From: Eledone cirrhosa
Lineage: Eukaryota
DNA: 64,000 bases
NCBI GenBank assembly: GCA_964016885.1
Contig: OZ024758.1
Location: forward strand, 2,232,001-2,296,000
Direction of reading: 5' to 3'
The number at the start of each line of letters is the position of its first letter. The first letter of the stretch is position 1. The notes below the pieces were generated by a model, which did not search any database, was not told the DNA's origin, and saw only the letters and a list, made by a program, of their open reading frames with translations. Both the position numbers and the translations under genes were made by a program. Shown piece after piece: positions 1 to 12,037 of the stretch.

Positions 1-202
1 ACTCTCCTATCAACATTATTGATCCTGGGTAGAAGTCTCTGTCATGTGATACCTTGTATTGACTCTCCTATCAACATTATTGATCCTGGGTAGAAGTCTC
101 TGTCATGTGATACCTTGTATTGACTCTCCTATCAACATTATTGATCCTGGGTAGAAGTCTCTGTCATGTGATACCTTGTATTGACTCTCCTATCAACATT
201 AT
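1..202. repeat. 61-bp tandem repeat, ~3.3 copies, cut by the window start
   Basis: Identical unit actctcctatcaacattattgatcctgggtagaagtctctgtcatgtgataccttgtattg starting at 1, 62, 123 and partially at 184. Confidence 0.95.
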
Positions 203-359
203 TAATTATTCTATTATGAATTGAAATTAATTTAAAAGGAATTAAAATTTTTAAGTAAATATCTAAACAAGTTTATTTACAAATGACATGTTTGAACTTG
301 TCAAAGCAAAATACTGTCACCAAATTATGTGTGTGTATGCATATATGTATGTGTATGTA

Positions 360-392
<33 letters not shown>

Positions 393-481
393 GAGAGAGA
401 GAGAGATCGTTTGAAAAACACATAGTATTTTGTATTTATATGTATATATACATATGCTTGTATATGTATATATGTGTAGAA

Positions 482-514
<33 letters not shown>

Positions 515-546
515 TATACATAGAAATAGCCTTGAGAATTCAAAAT

Positions 547-745
547 GCATTTAAACTGGCCATATCTGGCCAGAATTCTCTCGCCTCTCTCTGTTCAAAC
601 CGGCCATAACTGGCTGCACATACTGACATTAAGGTAGTGTTCTCAAAATCTCATAGATTTGATATTGTGTGAGATAATTATGTAAGATAAAGCCTTAACC
701 ACAAACATAGAATAGTATATATAGAGTAATGCGAATGCTAAAGGG
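547..745 (+). mobile_element. piggyBac-type MITE copy, left TIR eroded
   Basis: Body matches 19778-19982; ends in aatgctaaaggg. Confidence 0.85.
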
Positions 746-1375
746 TATACATTTATATGCAGTTTTCAACTTTTGACTATCAGACTAATGCAAGTAATTC
801 AAAAGCTCTTTTTATCTTTTTTTTAACCATTAAACCGTGACAGTTCGTAAAACATTGTTTGTGTTTAAAAAAGCCTAAGACGCAACACAAAAATCAAACA
901 ATAATTAACAAACCACATTTGAAACAAGTTCTTATTGGTAGATATATTCTGGACATGACCTGCTTTATTGGCATCTGTTTTGTGCCTTTCAAAAGATTTT
1001 ATAGAAAAGCTGCATTTCAGGTTGGTTATATTTCATCCCCTGGGTCTTTAGGTTTGCATACAAGTGCTCAGTTAATATTATTTAGGAGGAAATATTTCAC
1101 TGTTTAATTTGTGTTTCAAATATTTTAATACAAACCTCTTAGGTTTTATCTTTAACTACAACAAATGTTAATAAATGTAATATAGCACTGGTGAAGTTAG
1201 TTTCTATTCTGTTTTCCAAAGAAACTGCTTGTCTAAAAACTGATCTCTTTATGTTTATATCTCTGCTTTAAAACTTAACATATGCAGACAGATTCAGTAA
1301 CCACTCTCAGAGGAACAATTGGCTTTTGGTTTTTTAGGCATTCACTTGTATATATATATATATATGTATCTATGT

Positions 1376-1624
1376 ATCATCATCATCTTATGTCTGCTTT
1401 TCCCTGCTTGCAAGGGTGGGACAGGTCCTATTCAGCACAGCATCTCTCCACTTGTCATGGTCTTTCGTCATCTTCTCCACGAGTTTCAGTGATCTGAGGT
1501 CTGCTCTCAACACCTCCACCCATGTCTTTCGTGGTCTACCTCTTCTGCGTCTTCCTTCTACTGGGATATCTTGGCATTTCTTTACCCAGCAGTCATTCCC
1601 CATGCACATCACATGTCCATACCA
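1376..1624 (-). mobile_element. 5'-truncated RTE-clade LINE 3' end (family RTE-a)
   Basis: Minus-strand translation WYGHVM...VEGRRRRGRPRKTWVEVLRADL...DKWRDAV is a typical RTE ORF C-terminus; (GAT)n tail follows the stop. Confidence 0.9.
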
Positions 1625-1895
1625 TATATATATACACATATAGATAGTTAGATAGAGAGAGAGCAAGTTTTGTTTTTGTAAAAGTGAGCAAGGTTTTGAA
1701 AATAAGGTAGTAACATGTGCTTATGCAGTAAATAAAGTTAGTCTGTTAATGGGGATTTTTAATAACCCTCTGAATGGAAAAAGGACGAGTGTTGACATGT
1801 ATGGGACATGAACCCACATCTTTGGTTTGCCGGACCACTGTGATACCATTACAACAATACACCACCTATCCTCCTCCTTCCATATATATATATAT

Positions 1896-2056
1896 GGTGG
1901 CAAATTGACATAGTTGTTAGAATGTCAAATAGAATGCTTTATGGTATTTATTCCAGATCTCAGCTCTCCAAGTTCAAATCCTGCGAAGGTCAATTTTGCT
2001 TTTGATCCTTTCAAGGTTGATAAAAAATAAAGTACCAGTCTCGTACTGGGGTCGAT
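1896..2056 (+). mobile_element. Diverged SINE-A copy
   Basis: B-box-like agttcaaatcc followed by the gataaaaaataaagtaccag domain shared with 2367-2553. Confidence 0.75.
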
Positions 2057-2366
2057 TCTTCCTCTCTCTCTGGAAGAAATCTGCTGTACTCAGGCCTAGA
2101 GAGGGATGGGCTCCGCCCAGCTTTTAATGCCCAAGAAATGCCATATGTCAATACAACACCCTCTACTTTGTCAAATAAATTCCGAAATAATAATGACGGA
2201 TTTGAATTTCATATATATGATCTCACATGGAATAGTCCTCTTATCATTTCTTCTATTGTCTTATCTGAACCTGATCTGAATATTTGGCCCCTTTATCCAA
2301 ATAGAGTATTCATTTGTTAAAACATGTCAAGAAGAGTAATATTTACATTATTATTTGACTTGTAAA

Positions 2367-2553
2367 GGGCGGTGGATTGGCAGTATCGGTTGAGGGTTGG
2401 ACGCCATGCTTTGACGCATAGAGTTACGGCCCTTGCCATTCTGAGTTCAAATCCCGCCGAGGTTAACTTTGCCTTTCATCCTTACGGGGTCGATAAAATA
2501 AAGTACCAGTAATACACTGGGTAATTGCTGGCCTTGTACCAAAAGTAGAAACA
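2367..2553 (+). mobile_element. tRNA-derived SINE-A, full length, with 14-bp TSD
   Basis: A-box-like tggcagtatcgg, B-box gagttcaaatccc, central gcctttcatccttacggggtcgataaaataaagtaccag; attatttgacttgt repeated at 2350-2363 and 2554-2567. Confidence 0.92.
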
Positions 2554-2816
2554 ATTATTTGACTTGTTAGAAACAACAGTCAAATCAACCTTAAACCAAA
2601 TCCTAATATCTTTAAAAAAGATGGACACAAGATAATAAGAATCTGACATATTTGCCTGAATGAAATGAATGATGGACATGGCTGGAATACACGGATCATA
2701 AGTCTACATAATCAGGGCCGACTTGGAGCTAAAAAACAGTTTATATAGATATATATATTATAAGAACAGATTAAAGTTTAAGCAAAGAGTTGCTGCTTTC
2801 ATCCTTATTTGCAAAG

Positions 2817-3011
2817 CAGTCGGACACCATGCTTTGCAGCATAGAGTTACAACCCTTTCCATTATGAGTTCAAATCCCGCCGAGGTTAACTTTGCCTTTC
2901 ATCCTTACAGGGTCAATAAAATAAAGTACCAGTAATGTACTGGGGCGATTTAATCGACTTTCCCCTCCCCCAAATTGCTGGCCTTGTGCCTAAAGTAGAA
3001 ACAATTATTAT
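2817..3011 (+). mobile_element. SINE-A, 5'-truncated
   Basis: Aligns to 2367-2553; ends aaacaattattatt. Confidence 0.88.
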
Positions 3012-3683
3012 TATAATATATATTTATATATATATATGTCTGTGTGTGTATTTAAAGCAGGTACAGGATACCGCTACATATAAGTAACTAAAAGAGTGGC
3101 ATTGGTATAAAACATTGTTTCAAAACACCTTGTCCAGCCCGTGCCAACATGAAGTGGATATGAGAAAGATGATGATGATGATATATGCAGACTCATAATC
3201 ATCATCATCATCGTCAACACCATTTAACGTCCATTCTTCCATGCTGCATATATACAGGTTCACTTCTTTGTAGCGAAGAATATAGACAAACACACGTACA
3301 CACACACACACAAGCACACACACACACACACACATGCACTCATTCAAGCACAACCACATCTACATAGACACTCACATTATAAACAACTTGGTCTTAGTCC
3401 TTCCTTTTAAAACACACAGCAAACTTCTGCCAGCATGGTCAACATGATCCAGTGCTTCTCTCACCTGTCCAACTGGTTCTTGAGTATCTCAAGTCCTTTG
3501 CTTTCTCATGTCCATACATAGAGGAGCATAGAAACAGTGACCAGCATATGTACTGAAACACTCAAGTATTCAGACACAGATATGGATTTATACGAATAAA
3601 TATGTTTGTCTAAACGTTCTTGTACAAACATGTTCGCATAAATATATGCAAGAAAACTTACACAAAATATACACAGTTGGGCG

Positions 3684-3797
3684 TCATCATCATCATCATC
3701 AACGTTTAACATCCGTGTTCCACGCTTGCATGGGTTTGGACGGGGGTTTTCCCACTTGAGGCAAGAGTGATTGTCTTGCTCGCATAGGACTGTCTAT
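3684..3797 (-). mobile_element. RTE-b LINE/SINE 3' tail fragment
   Basis: Matches the 3' end of 48815-49866 and 50632-51180, including the (CAT)n run. Confidence 0.85.
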
Positions 3798-4422
3798 GTA
3801 TACATACATATACAATATATATGAAAATATTTGTGTGTGCACTGAACTGTATATATGTAAGTGTATATGTGCAAGAAGGCATACACAAACATATACATAC
3901 CAAAAATTGCATACTTGCATACACATGAAAGTATGTATACACATGCACACATAAAAGCATATAGTCACACATTTATACACAATGGACATTCACACATACA
4001 TAAAATGTACATCACACACACACAATATTACCTTTGTGTGCATACACATGAAAGTATACACATGCACACATTTATACACTGTGTACAGATTCACGCATAT
4101 ATTAAAATGTACATTGCATACACACACACACACACACACTCACACACCAGATTCACACATACATAAAAATGTACATTGCACATACATACACAATATATAT
4201 ACCTTTGTGTAAATACACAGGGAAATGCATTAAACATGTAAATAAATGTTAAAGAGCAACATTGAATGTGTCCATTAAACATCTTTAAAAGGCGCGCTGT
4301 ATTTTCAAAGACAAAAATTGTTTGAATTTTTGTATTTCTCTGCAAATAATGGTTAATTTTTAAATATGCATCACTCTCTTATCAAACTTTATCAGTTGGA
4401 GTATGGATTATGTATGACTTAA

Positions 4423-4612
4423 CCCTTTAGGATTTAAACCGGCTGTATCTGGCCAGAATTCTCTCCCCTCTTTCTGTTCAAACCGACTGTAACTGGCTGC
4501 TCATACTGATGTTAAAGTATTGTTCTCAAAATAGATATCAAAACCTCATAGATTCGATACTCAGTGAAATAATTATGAGGTAAATACTTTACCATGAAAT
4601 ATAATAGTATAT
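4423..4612 (+). mobile_element. piggyBac-type MITE copy, right end lost
   Basis: TTAA at 4419-4422, then ccctttaggattta; body matches the family. Confidence 0.85.
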
Positions 4613-4639
4613 ATGTATGCATGCCCTCGTGTGCTGCAA

Positions 4640-4760
4640 GCAGTGCGTTGAGCTGGTGCTTATCCCAGTTTCATGGCGTGAAATGACTGAGTACAGGACC
4701 CCCCCCCCCCCCCCCCCCTCTGAACAGGATGCCAGTTCATTGCAGTGTTAAACCTCCAGC
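4640..4760 (-). mobile_element. Probable 3' part of a third SINE family
   Basis: Reverse complement ...gcaatgaactggcatcctgttcaga(g)n tcctgtactcagtcatttcacgccatgaaactgggataagc resembles SINE 3' regions recalled from aquatic invertebrates; single copy in this window. Confidence 0.45.
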
Positions 4761-4780
4761 TATTGCCTCTCTCTCTCTCA

Positions 4781-5005
4781 CTCTCCCCATATCTCGTATA
4801 CACCTGGTCCGAACACAAAGGAACCAAACTCTCACTGCCTCTGTCTCTTCCACTCTCCCCATATCTCATATACATCTGGTCCGAACACAAAGGAACCAAA
4901 CTCTCACTGCCTCTGTCTCTTCCACTCTCCCCATATTTTATATACACCTGGTCCGAACACAAAAGTACCAAACTCCCACTGTCACTGTCTCTCCAGCTCT
5001 CTCCA
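4781..5005. repeat. 72-bp minisatellite, 3 copies
   Basis: ctctccccatatctcgtatacacctggtccgaacacaaagg... starts at 4781, 4853 and 4925. Confidence 0.93.
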
Positions 5006-5246
5006 TCTCTCACTATTGTGAACAAATGGGGGTCCACGTGCTGGCCTCCCCGTGGCTCCAGTGGACAGAATAGAGAAGGCGTTTCCCTGGAGGATGGCGA
5101 GGAAGACATGCTGGAAGAGCCATTCCAACATGCTCCAAACAGCTGTTTTATTAGTAAATCTCTCTAGATTCTTTGATTATTTTCCAAATGACTTATTAGA
5201 AATATGGTATTATGTTATTGAAAAGGTTAACAAACAGTTGAAGCTA

Positions 5247-5535
5247 ATCATCATCATCACCATCATCATCACCATCACCATCATCACCATCACCATCACC
5301 ACCATCACCATCACCATCACCACCATCACCATCACCATCATCATCACCATCACCATCATCACCACCATCATCACCACCATCATCACCATCATCACCGTCA
5401 TCACCATCATGACCATCATCATCATCACCAGCATCATCATCACCATCACCATTACCACCATCATCACCACCATCACCACCAACACCATCATCATCACCAT
5501 CACATGTCCAGCTTCCCTGCTTGCAAGAGTTGGAT
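5247..5535 (-). repeat. Long (CAT/CAC)n microsatellite attached to an RTE-type tail remnant
   Basis: About 255 bp of CAT/CAC triplets followed by catgtccagcttccctgcttgcaagagttgg, similar to the RTE-a 3' end. Confidence 0.85.
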
Positions 5536-6326
5536 GTGTCTTTACAATATACAATTAGAACTATGTTTATCTTCAGCCAAGCCATTGTTCCAATCCAGAA
5601 AGAGTTCTGGTTCTATATAGATATGTTTATAGTAATAACTAATATCTGTGATTGGCTCTATAGTAGCTCTAGTGATAATGTTGACCTTGGTGGTAGCAGT
5701 GATGGTGGTGGTGGTGGTGGTGAGGAGGAGGGGTGGTGAGGGTGGTGGTGGGTTGTTGTTAGATAGAATAGACATGGGGGTGCTTATATCAATAAGTTTA
5801 GCTATTAACAAGCAATGTTTGCACAACATGAGTCATCTTTTACAATGTTCCTTCAGGCTATTTATCTATAATCAATAAAAGCCCCCCCCCCCCCCCATCT
5901 ATATTATATATTATTTATTCATCATTTCCAATGATCTCGTTATTTTTACCTGTTCAGTGCTTCTTTCGAAGTCCCCTTTAAGAAAATGCTTGTTTTTTTT
6001 TTGTTTTCGCATGAATTTATTTATTTGTTTTTCTACCATACCTCTTTTATAGATTTCAATTTTAACTTTTGATTGATTATTTTCATATTGGATTTGATAT
6101 GTCTGGTTTAATATTTATTTTATCAACTGCTTTCTGGAACCATGTTTGTTCACTTAAATTACTCTCTTTCTCCTCTCTCCCTGTGTGTGTGTGCGTGAAG
6201 ACACATGCATCGTGATAATCGTTTTATGCTTACACACACACACATATATACACGCACATACACATACACACACAAACAAAACACTCATATATATATACAC
6301 ACACACAAAACGCTCATAAACATTAC

Positions 6327-6359
<33 letters not shown>

Positions 6360-6427
6360 AAACGCGCATAAACACTACATATACATATATATATATACAC
6401 ACACATACAAACAAAATATTCATAAAC

Positions 6428-6460
<33 letters not shown>

Positions 6461-6739
6461 AACAACACTCATAAACACACACACATATATATATATAAGT
6501 GCGATATTGTTGAACGTGACAATGAATACTCAATACTAAAGTAGTTTAGATATTCTTTATTCTGTCTAAGTGATAAGTCTAGTCTGGAGTACACTGGTAA
6601 CAAGTCTCATTAGCCATAATAATGTTTATATAATCATATTTGTTATATTTGGAGAGGATCATGTCTTAATATTGTCAAAATATAGTAAAACACACTCACT
6701 GTTTAGTTTGGTTTTTGCCTCAGTATATTTCTATAAATA

Positions 6740-7018
6740 ATTTAGCTGGCAATCAATGTTTATCATTGATTGGCCAACTATTAAAAATATAAATCATCAT
6801 CATCATCATCATTTTACGTCCGCTTTTCCCTGTTTGCAAGGGTGGGATGAGTCCTATTCAGCACAGCATCTCTCCATTAGTTACGGTCCTTCATCATCTC
6901 CTCCGTGAGCTTCAAGCGATCTGAGGTCAGCTCTCACCACCTCCGCCCATAAATATAAATATAATTTCTCAAAGTTCTTTTGTCACACATTTCTGTGACA
7001 CACACCTTCAGTGATTAT
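6740..7018. mobile_element. Repeat homologous to one arm of the 58299-58531 palindrome, interrupted by an RTE-a insertion
   Basis: atttagctggcaatcaatgtttatcattgatt...aaatataaat|ataatttctcaaagttcttttgtcacac...cttcagtgatt matches 58299-58405. Confidence 0.85.
6795..6950 (-). mobile_element. 5'-truncated RTE-a insertion with 10-bp TSD
   Basis: Homologous to 1376-1624; aaatataaat at 6785-6794 and 6951-6960; the paralogous empty site near 58345 has one copy. Confidence 0.92.
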
Positions 7019-7248
7019 CACAGCTTCCAACTTTACATGGTTTTTATGGTTGGTTGCATTTCTTAATGTCAACTACTTTATTGTGTGTACCCATGCCAGC
7101 GTGGAAGATAGACGTTAAACGATGATGATGATGGGGACTATTTCAAAGGAAATGATGTTAAAACTTGAGGTTAATATATATAGATATTATCATATAATTC
7201 ACTACATACATTTGAGCTTTGTATACATAGTTTTACTGCTGCTATATA

Positions 7249-7281
<33 letters not shown>

Positions 7282-7356
7282 AGAAAGTGTGTGGTAAAAT
7301 ACCGGGTTGACCATAACCCACCAGAGTACTTGATATTTGGGGTAGTAGAGTGGGTA

Positions 7357-7458
7357 ATATATAAAGATTCAGGACCCCGATGGCTGAGCTCCAGCCGTTT
7401 CGACAGCTAGATCGAAACGGCTGGAGCTCAGCCATCAGGTTCCTGAATCTTTATATAT
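7357..7458. repeat. Fold-back palindrome, 47-bp arms, 8-nt loop
   Basis: 7357-7403 is the reverse complement of 7412-7458 with 2 mismatches; TA-rich ends. Confidence 0.95.
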
Positions 7459-7465
7459 ATATAAT

Positions 7466-7804
7466 GGAGACACATGGCTTAGTGGTTAGAGCATTGGCCT
7501 TGCAATCGAAAGGTTCTGAGTTCAATTCTCAGACTGGGTGATGTGTTGTTTCCTTGAGCAAGACACTTTATTTCACATTGCTCCAGTTTACTCAGCTGTA
7601 GAAATGAGATGATAGGGACTGGGGTCCCTATCATTACACTGCAGAGTGGTCATGTAGGCGCCACGGAAAAAAAGCACCCAGCACTCACTGTAAATGAGGT
7701 TGGTGTTAGGAAGGGCATCCAGCTGTAGAAATCAAGCCAGAATCAGTTCCCGTCCCACCCTTGCAAGCAGGGAAAAGTGGACGTAAAAATGATTATGATG
7801 ATGA
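7466..7804 (+). mobile_element. tRNA-derived CORE-like SINE-B with RTE-derived tail
   Basis: Head tggcttagtggttagagc...gagttcaattct; CORE-like ccttgagcaagacacttta; 3' end cccacccttgcaagcagggaaaag..(gat)n shared with RTE-a; near-identical to 39503-39830. Confidence 0.9.
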
Positions 7805-7834
7805 TATATATATATATATATATATGATTACATT

Positions 7835-8007
7835 AATTATTTTGTCTGACGAATGAATTAGATATTCCTTGCAAGAACCATCTAGTTTCTTGAAACCTTC
7901 GGTACTGAAATAATTATATTGTGTTGTTTATTATGTAATTAAATAGCTCTGTACGATACATAGAGCACTCTTTTTTCCTTTACCTTTGCTATGGAAATTC
8001 TTAACAT
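7835..8007 (+). ncRNA. Repeat with a type I hammerhead-ribozyme-like fold
   Basis: CTGACGA 7846-7852, 39-nt hairpin, GAAA 7892-7895, CC-ttc-GG, TA 7903-7904; aattattttgt (7835-7845) can pair with ctgaaataatt (7905-7915); homologous to 12819-12966. Confidence 0.5.
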
Positions 8008-8045
8008 ATATATATTTACGTTTTTTCTGTTCTTTATCTTTGCAG

Positions 8046-8099
8046 GGTATAAAAAGCAACCTATTGGTTCCTTCTGCTTAGTCTGTGATAGTTACAATG
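8046..8099 (+). other. Candidate 54-nt exon (5'UTR ending in ATG, or phase 1-1 coding exon)
   Basis: Polypyrimidine tract ttttttctgttctttatctttgcag, then donor ATG|gtaagt; one open frame YKKQPIGSFCLVCDSYN. Confidence 0.55.
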
Positions 8100-9112
8100 G
8101 TAAGTGCTGCTGCTGTTTAGCATATTCTATTTGATAGAATTATTTTCTATTGTATTTTTTTAATATATTTTTCATTTTTTTCTAATCTGGAATGTTATTT
8201 TTTTTCTCCTTCCACTCTGGTGGGTTTTATGGATGTTTTGAATGTTTAGGAAAATAGAAGAGGAAAAATGGATAGGAAAGTTAATGAACCGTTTTAAAAA
8301 AAAGAAGAAATTCTAGTATTTATTTCAGTTTAATGTAGTTTGTTTGGAAATGTAGAGACAACATTGATTTATGTCTACTAGAGTCTTTGCTAGATGGGGA
8401 GATATAGAGAGAACAGTTTTGGTTTGAACAGTCACCAGAGAACTGCTCCGATGTGTCTGTGTAGTGTTGTGAGGGAGATTGAAGTGACTGTTCTCAGCTT
8501 TAGGAAGAAGGTTTTTTTTCTCTTTTTTTTTTTTGTTTTAGTTGAAAATTTCCATATGAAAAGTAGGGGAATTCTTGTGTTAAAGAAGTCATATTGTATA
8601 AATGGAATTTGTATAAAGAAAAGAAAAATGCAAATTGCATAGATAGAATTAAAATTGGTAAAAATCATGTAATTTGTGTGAATGGGATTGGTGGTGAAAA
8701 CCAAATTATGTTGATACCAATTGTGAAAGGGAATATAATGGGAGAGGGGGGGGGGGAGGGGCATACAGAAACTTTCATGCTGTGTTCATTAGAATTTAGT
8801 TGTTGGGGTGTCATATTTAATCTACAGATATTGGGAAATATATGCTCTTAGCTTTCCCTAATTATTGAACCAATAAACCTTCTTATTTCTCCAGGGTCTT
8901 ATATTGATAATATTCATTACAACACTGCAAAGACATTAAATACTTGATCTTTTAGGTTAATTACTCAAGTCTCATTAGTTTCAATGTTATCTTCATATTT
9001 TCATCTCCTCTTAGAGCTTTTATTGATTGTTTCATACCATTTTGATTGTGTTAAATGGTTCCTACTCTTCCTTTTTCTCTAGTCTTGTTACTACAGACGA
9101 TTATATTTCATA

Positions 9113-9530
9113 TATGAGATGTATTCAAAAAATATCCGACCTTTGGGCATAAAAATCCAAAACAATATTGTTCATACATTTCACAAATTTTATTTAATCA
9201 CCTTCAAAATACTCCTTGGGAGTTCACACACTTGTTCCAGTGGTTCTGCCAGTGCTGGTAACACCTCTGGAACACCTATGGAGCTGTGCCATTGCTTTTT
9301 GCATAATTTCCTCTTGCGACTTAAATTACTTCTTTTTCAGTGTGGTTTTCAGATTGGGGAAGTGTCAGAAGTCACTCGGTGCCAAGTTGGGAGAGTAGGG
9401 TGTCTGTTAAGCAAGGGGTGTGTTGTTCTTGACCAGGGCAGCTTGGATTATGTAGGCAGAATAAGCTGTCACATTGTTGTGAAGTTGCCAACTCTTCCCT
9501 GCCTATTCATTTTGCCGCTATCGACACACA
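9113..9530 (-). mobile_element. Decayed mariner transposase 3' fragment with a TIR remnant
   Basis: Minus-strand PYSPNLAPSDF*HFPNLK (YSPDLAP motif, starting at 9400) and WNKCVNSQG/EYFEGD* with a frameshift (9239-9194). Confidence 0.85.
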
Positions 9531-11137
9531 ACACAAATTTCATTGATAGTTTTGTTTATTGATAAGTCTAATCTTGGATATATCAGCTCCAAATGTTGTC
9601 TGTAATGTTCTGTGTTTAAAGTGAACTTTAAAAGATATCCATGTCTTAATGGCTATGAATGAGACAAAGATATCAATGTTTCTTTCAGCTGATGGGAAAT
9701 TGAAAGGTGTTCGGCTTTTATGTAATTCAACTGTTTAAAATGGAAATGAAGTGCTTTAGAGTAAAATCAATTGAGAATATGAGTTGAATGTAAAAAAAAC
9801 GGCTCCGTGACCTTATAGTTAAGATGGTATGGATGTTTTAAAGTGATAATCCTTTTGTTGTCAGACTTGAAAGACTGGAAAAAAGGCAGGTGTAAAGATA
9901 AATTGATTACACCTAAGGTAGAACTCCTTTTCACAGATTCGTCTCCGAGATAGGTTCCATTTTGAACAGCTGACTGACGTTAATTTTGGTTATTTTCAGT
10001 ATATTTCTAAACTAATTTCATATTTTCTATGTATTAAATTGAGTTAGTCGAGGAGCAGTTTTCACAATTGTTCCATTGTAATTTGAGATTTGATTATAAA
10101 CGATAATCCTTAATGATTTTCAGATAATTCTTCACGATTTGAAGGAATTCTTTCTGCTCTTCTTATAGCAACATTAATACTACTAGCAGAAAAAACCACC
10201 CTCTGGTGTGTGTAGTGTGCATATTGATATTATATGCATGTAGATATGATACTTCAAATGAAAATTAAATTGACAATATCCACAGAAATTGAAGAGAGAC
10301 TGTGTTACACTGTCTTCTGTAATCAGTAAAGTAATCCATGATACATTTAAAAAAGACAATATCATATCTAAACTGCATTACAGTGAAATGTTATGAAAAC
10401 AGAAAAGGAGAAAATTAGCGATGGAAATATAAATGTTATGATATAATGATGCAAATATATGAAAGTTTACATATCGATGTGATATAGCGTATGGCGAAGT
10501 GTTATGATATAACGGATGCTAACAGAAGTGTTGACATTTGAAAATTTTAAATAGAAGTGAGTCTTGAAATAAGCAATACATTTTATATATAAAGAATATT
10601 TATGTTTAATTAAGAGCTAAGAAATTTAGTAGATAAATTACATAATATTCATTCATGATTCAAAGCAATCCAACTTATTTTAATAACGTGTTGTGAAAAA
10701 ATAACCCCGACACAGTCTCGCAGTTCACCAATCATTATATATAAAATAGTGAGACTTTTTTGATAATTCTTCACAATTTGAAGGAATTCTTTCTTTTATT
10801 GAGATTTAATTATTAATGATGCCCTTAACAATTTTCATGTGATTCTTCAGAATGTGAAGGAATTCTCTCTGCTCTTTCTATAGCGATATTGATACTATAA
10901 CATTACCTTTCAGTGCAGCCATAAATCCTAAAACTATTAAGATTTATTATCGACCACTTTTGTGCAATTTAGATTTCCGTTAAATCTAACTTATTGGCTT
11001 CTACAGACTCCTTTGCTTCCAAGCAAATGGCTTGAAAGCCTAAACTTTAAGTAAATCTTACAAGTAATTATACTTTTAATCATTAGATATGAATATATAT
11101 TATGTTAGCATAGAAAATTGGAGGTAAAAAGAATGTT

Positions 11138-11169
<32 letters not shown>

Positions 11170-12037
11170 CATTGACACGTGTGTATGTGGTGTTTAGTGT
11201 TTGGGTGGTGTTTAGTGTGTGTAGTGTGTGTGTGTGGTGTGTTTGTGTCTAGTGTGTGCAGAGAGTGTGGCATATGTATTATGTGTGTGTGTGTCTGTGG
11301 GGTGTGTGTGTGTGTGTGTACATAGCCAAATTGTCAAGAATTTTATCAACCTACCTATCTTTCTCTCATATCACCCCCCCCCATGCCCCCCCTCCCCCCT
11401 CCACAGTTATCACCATTCAGTTACTCTATCATCAATATGTTTATCTAACATGTTATTGTTGTAATAATGTAGTCTCTATTATTACCATTATTATCTCCAT
11501 CCCTCCTAGATGTAACCTGTTCAAGCAATACTGGTCTTCATTGATATTCTGTCTGCAACTCTTCAATAACTTTCTCTGCTTCTGGGAGTGGCCACAGTTT
11601 TTTTAAAAATTATTTTTCTTTTCTTTTTACTTTTTTTTATAATTATTATTATTTTTATTATTTTTTGTGTGGGGTGGGATGGCGGGGCGGCAGGGGGGGG
11701 GGTCTACAAATAAGAAGCTGATTCACATAAATACAAAAATAGATGAGCTGTGATTCTGTGAAATATATCAGTTCTGATCATGAGGAAGCTGAAGTAATAT
11801 AATGCGATATCAATCTCAATCAGAAGTATTAGTGTGTTGTGTGAGAGGTAGTGAGAGGTAGTGACAGATAGAGGTAGTGAGAGGTCGGTAGAGTGAGATA
11901 GAGATAGAGGTAGTGAGAGGTCGGTAGAGTGAGAGATAGGTAGAGTGAGATAGAGAGGTAGTGAGATAATGAGAGAGGGAAACAGGATAAGAGATAGAAA
12001 GGGATATACACATATATATATATGTATATATATATAT

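Noticed and set aside
4660-5167. Overlapping 114-149-aa ORFs
   Set aside because: Explained by a 72-bp minisatellite plus an adjacent SINE remnant.
5052-5585. Poly-Ile/Thr, poly-Met/Val and Gly/Asp ORFs
   Set aside because: A trinucleotide microsatellite read in different frames.
7466-7540. tRNA gene
   Set aside because: The tRNA-like head runs directly into a SINE core and tail and is repeated at 39503; there is no proper acceptor stem or terminator.
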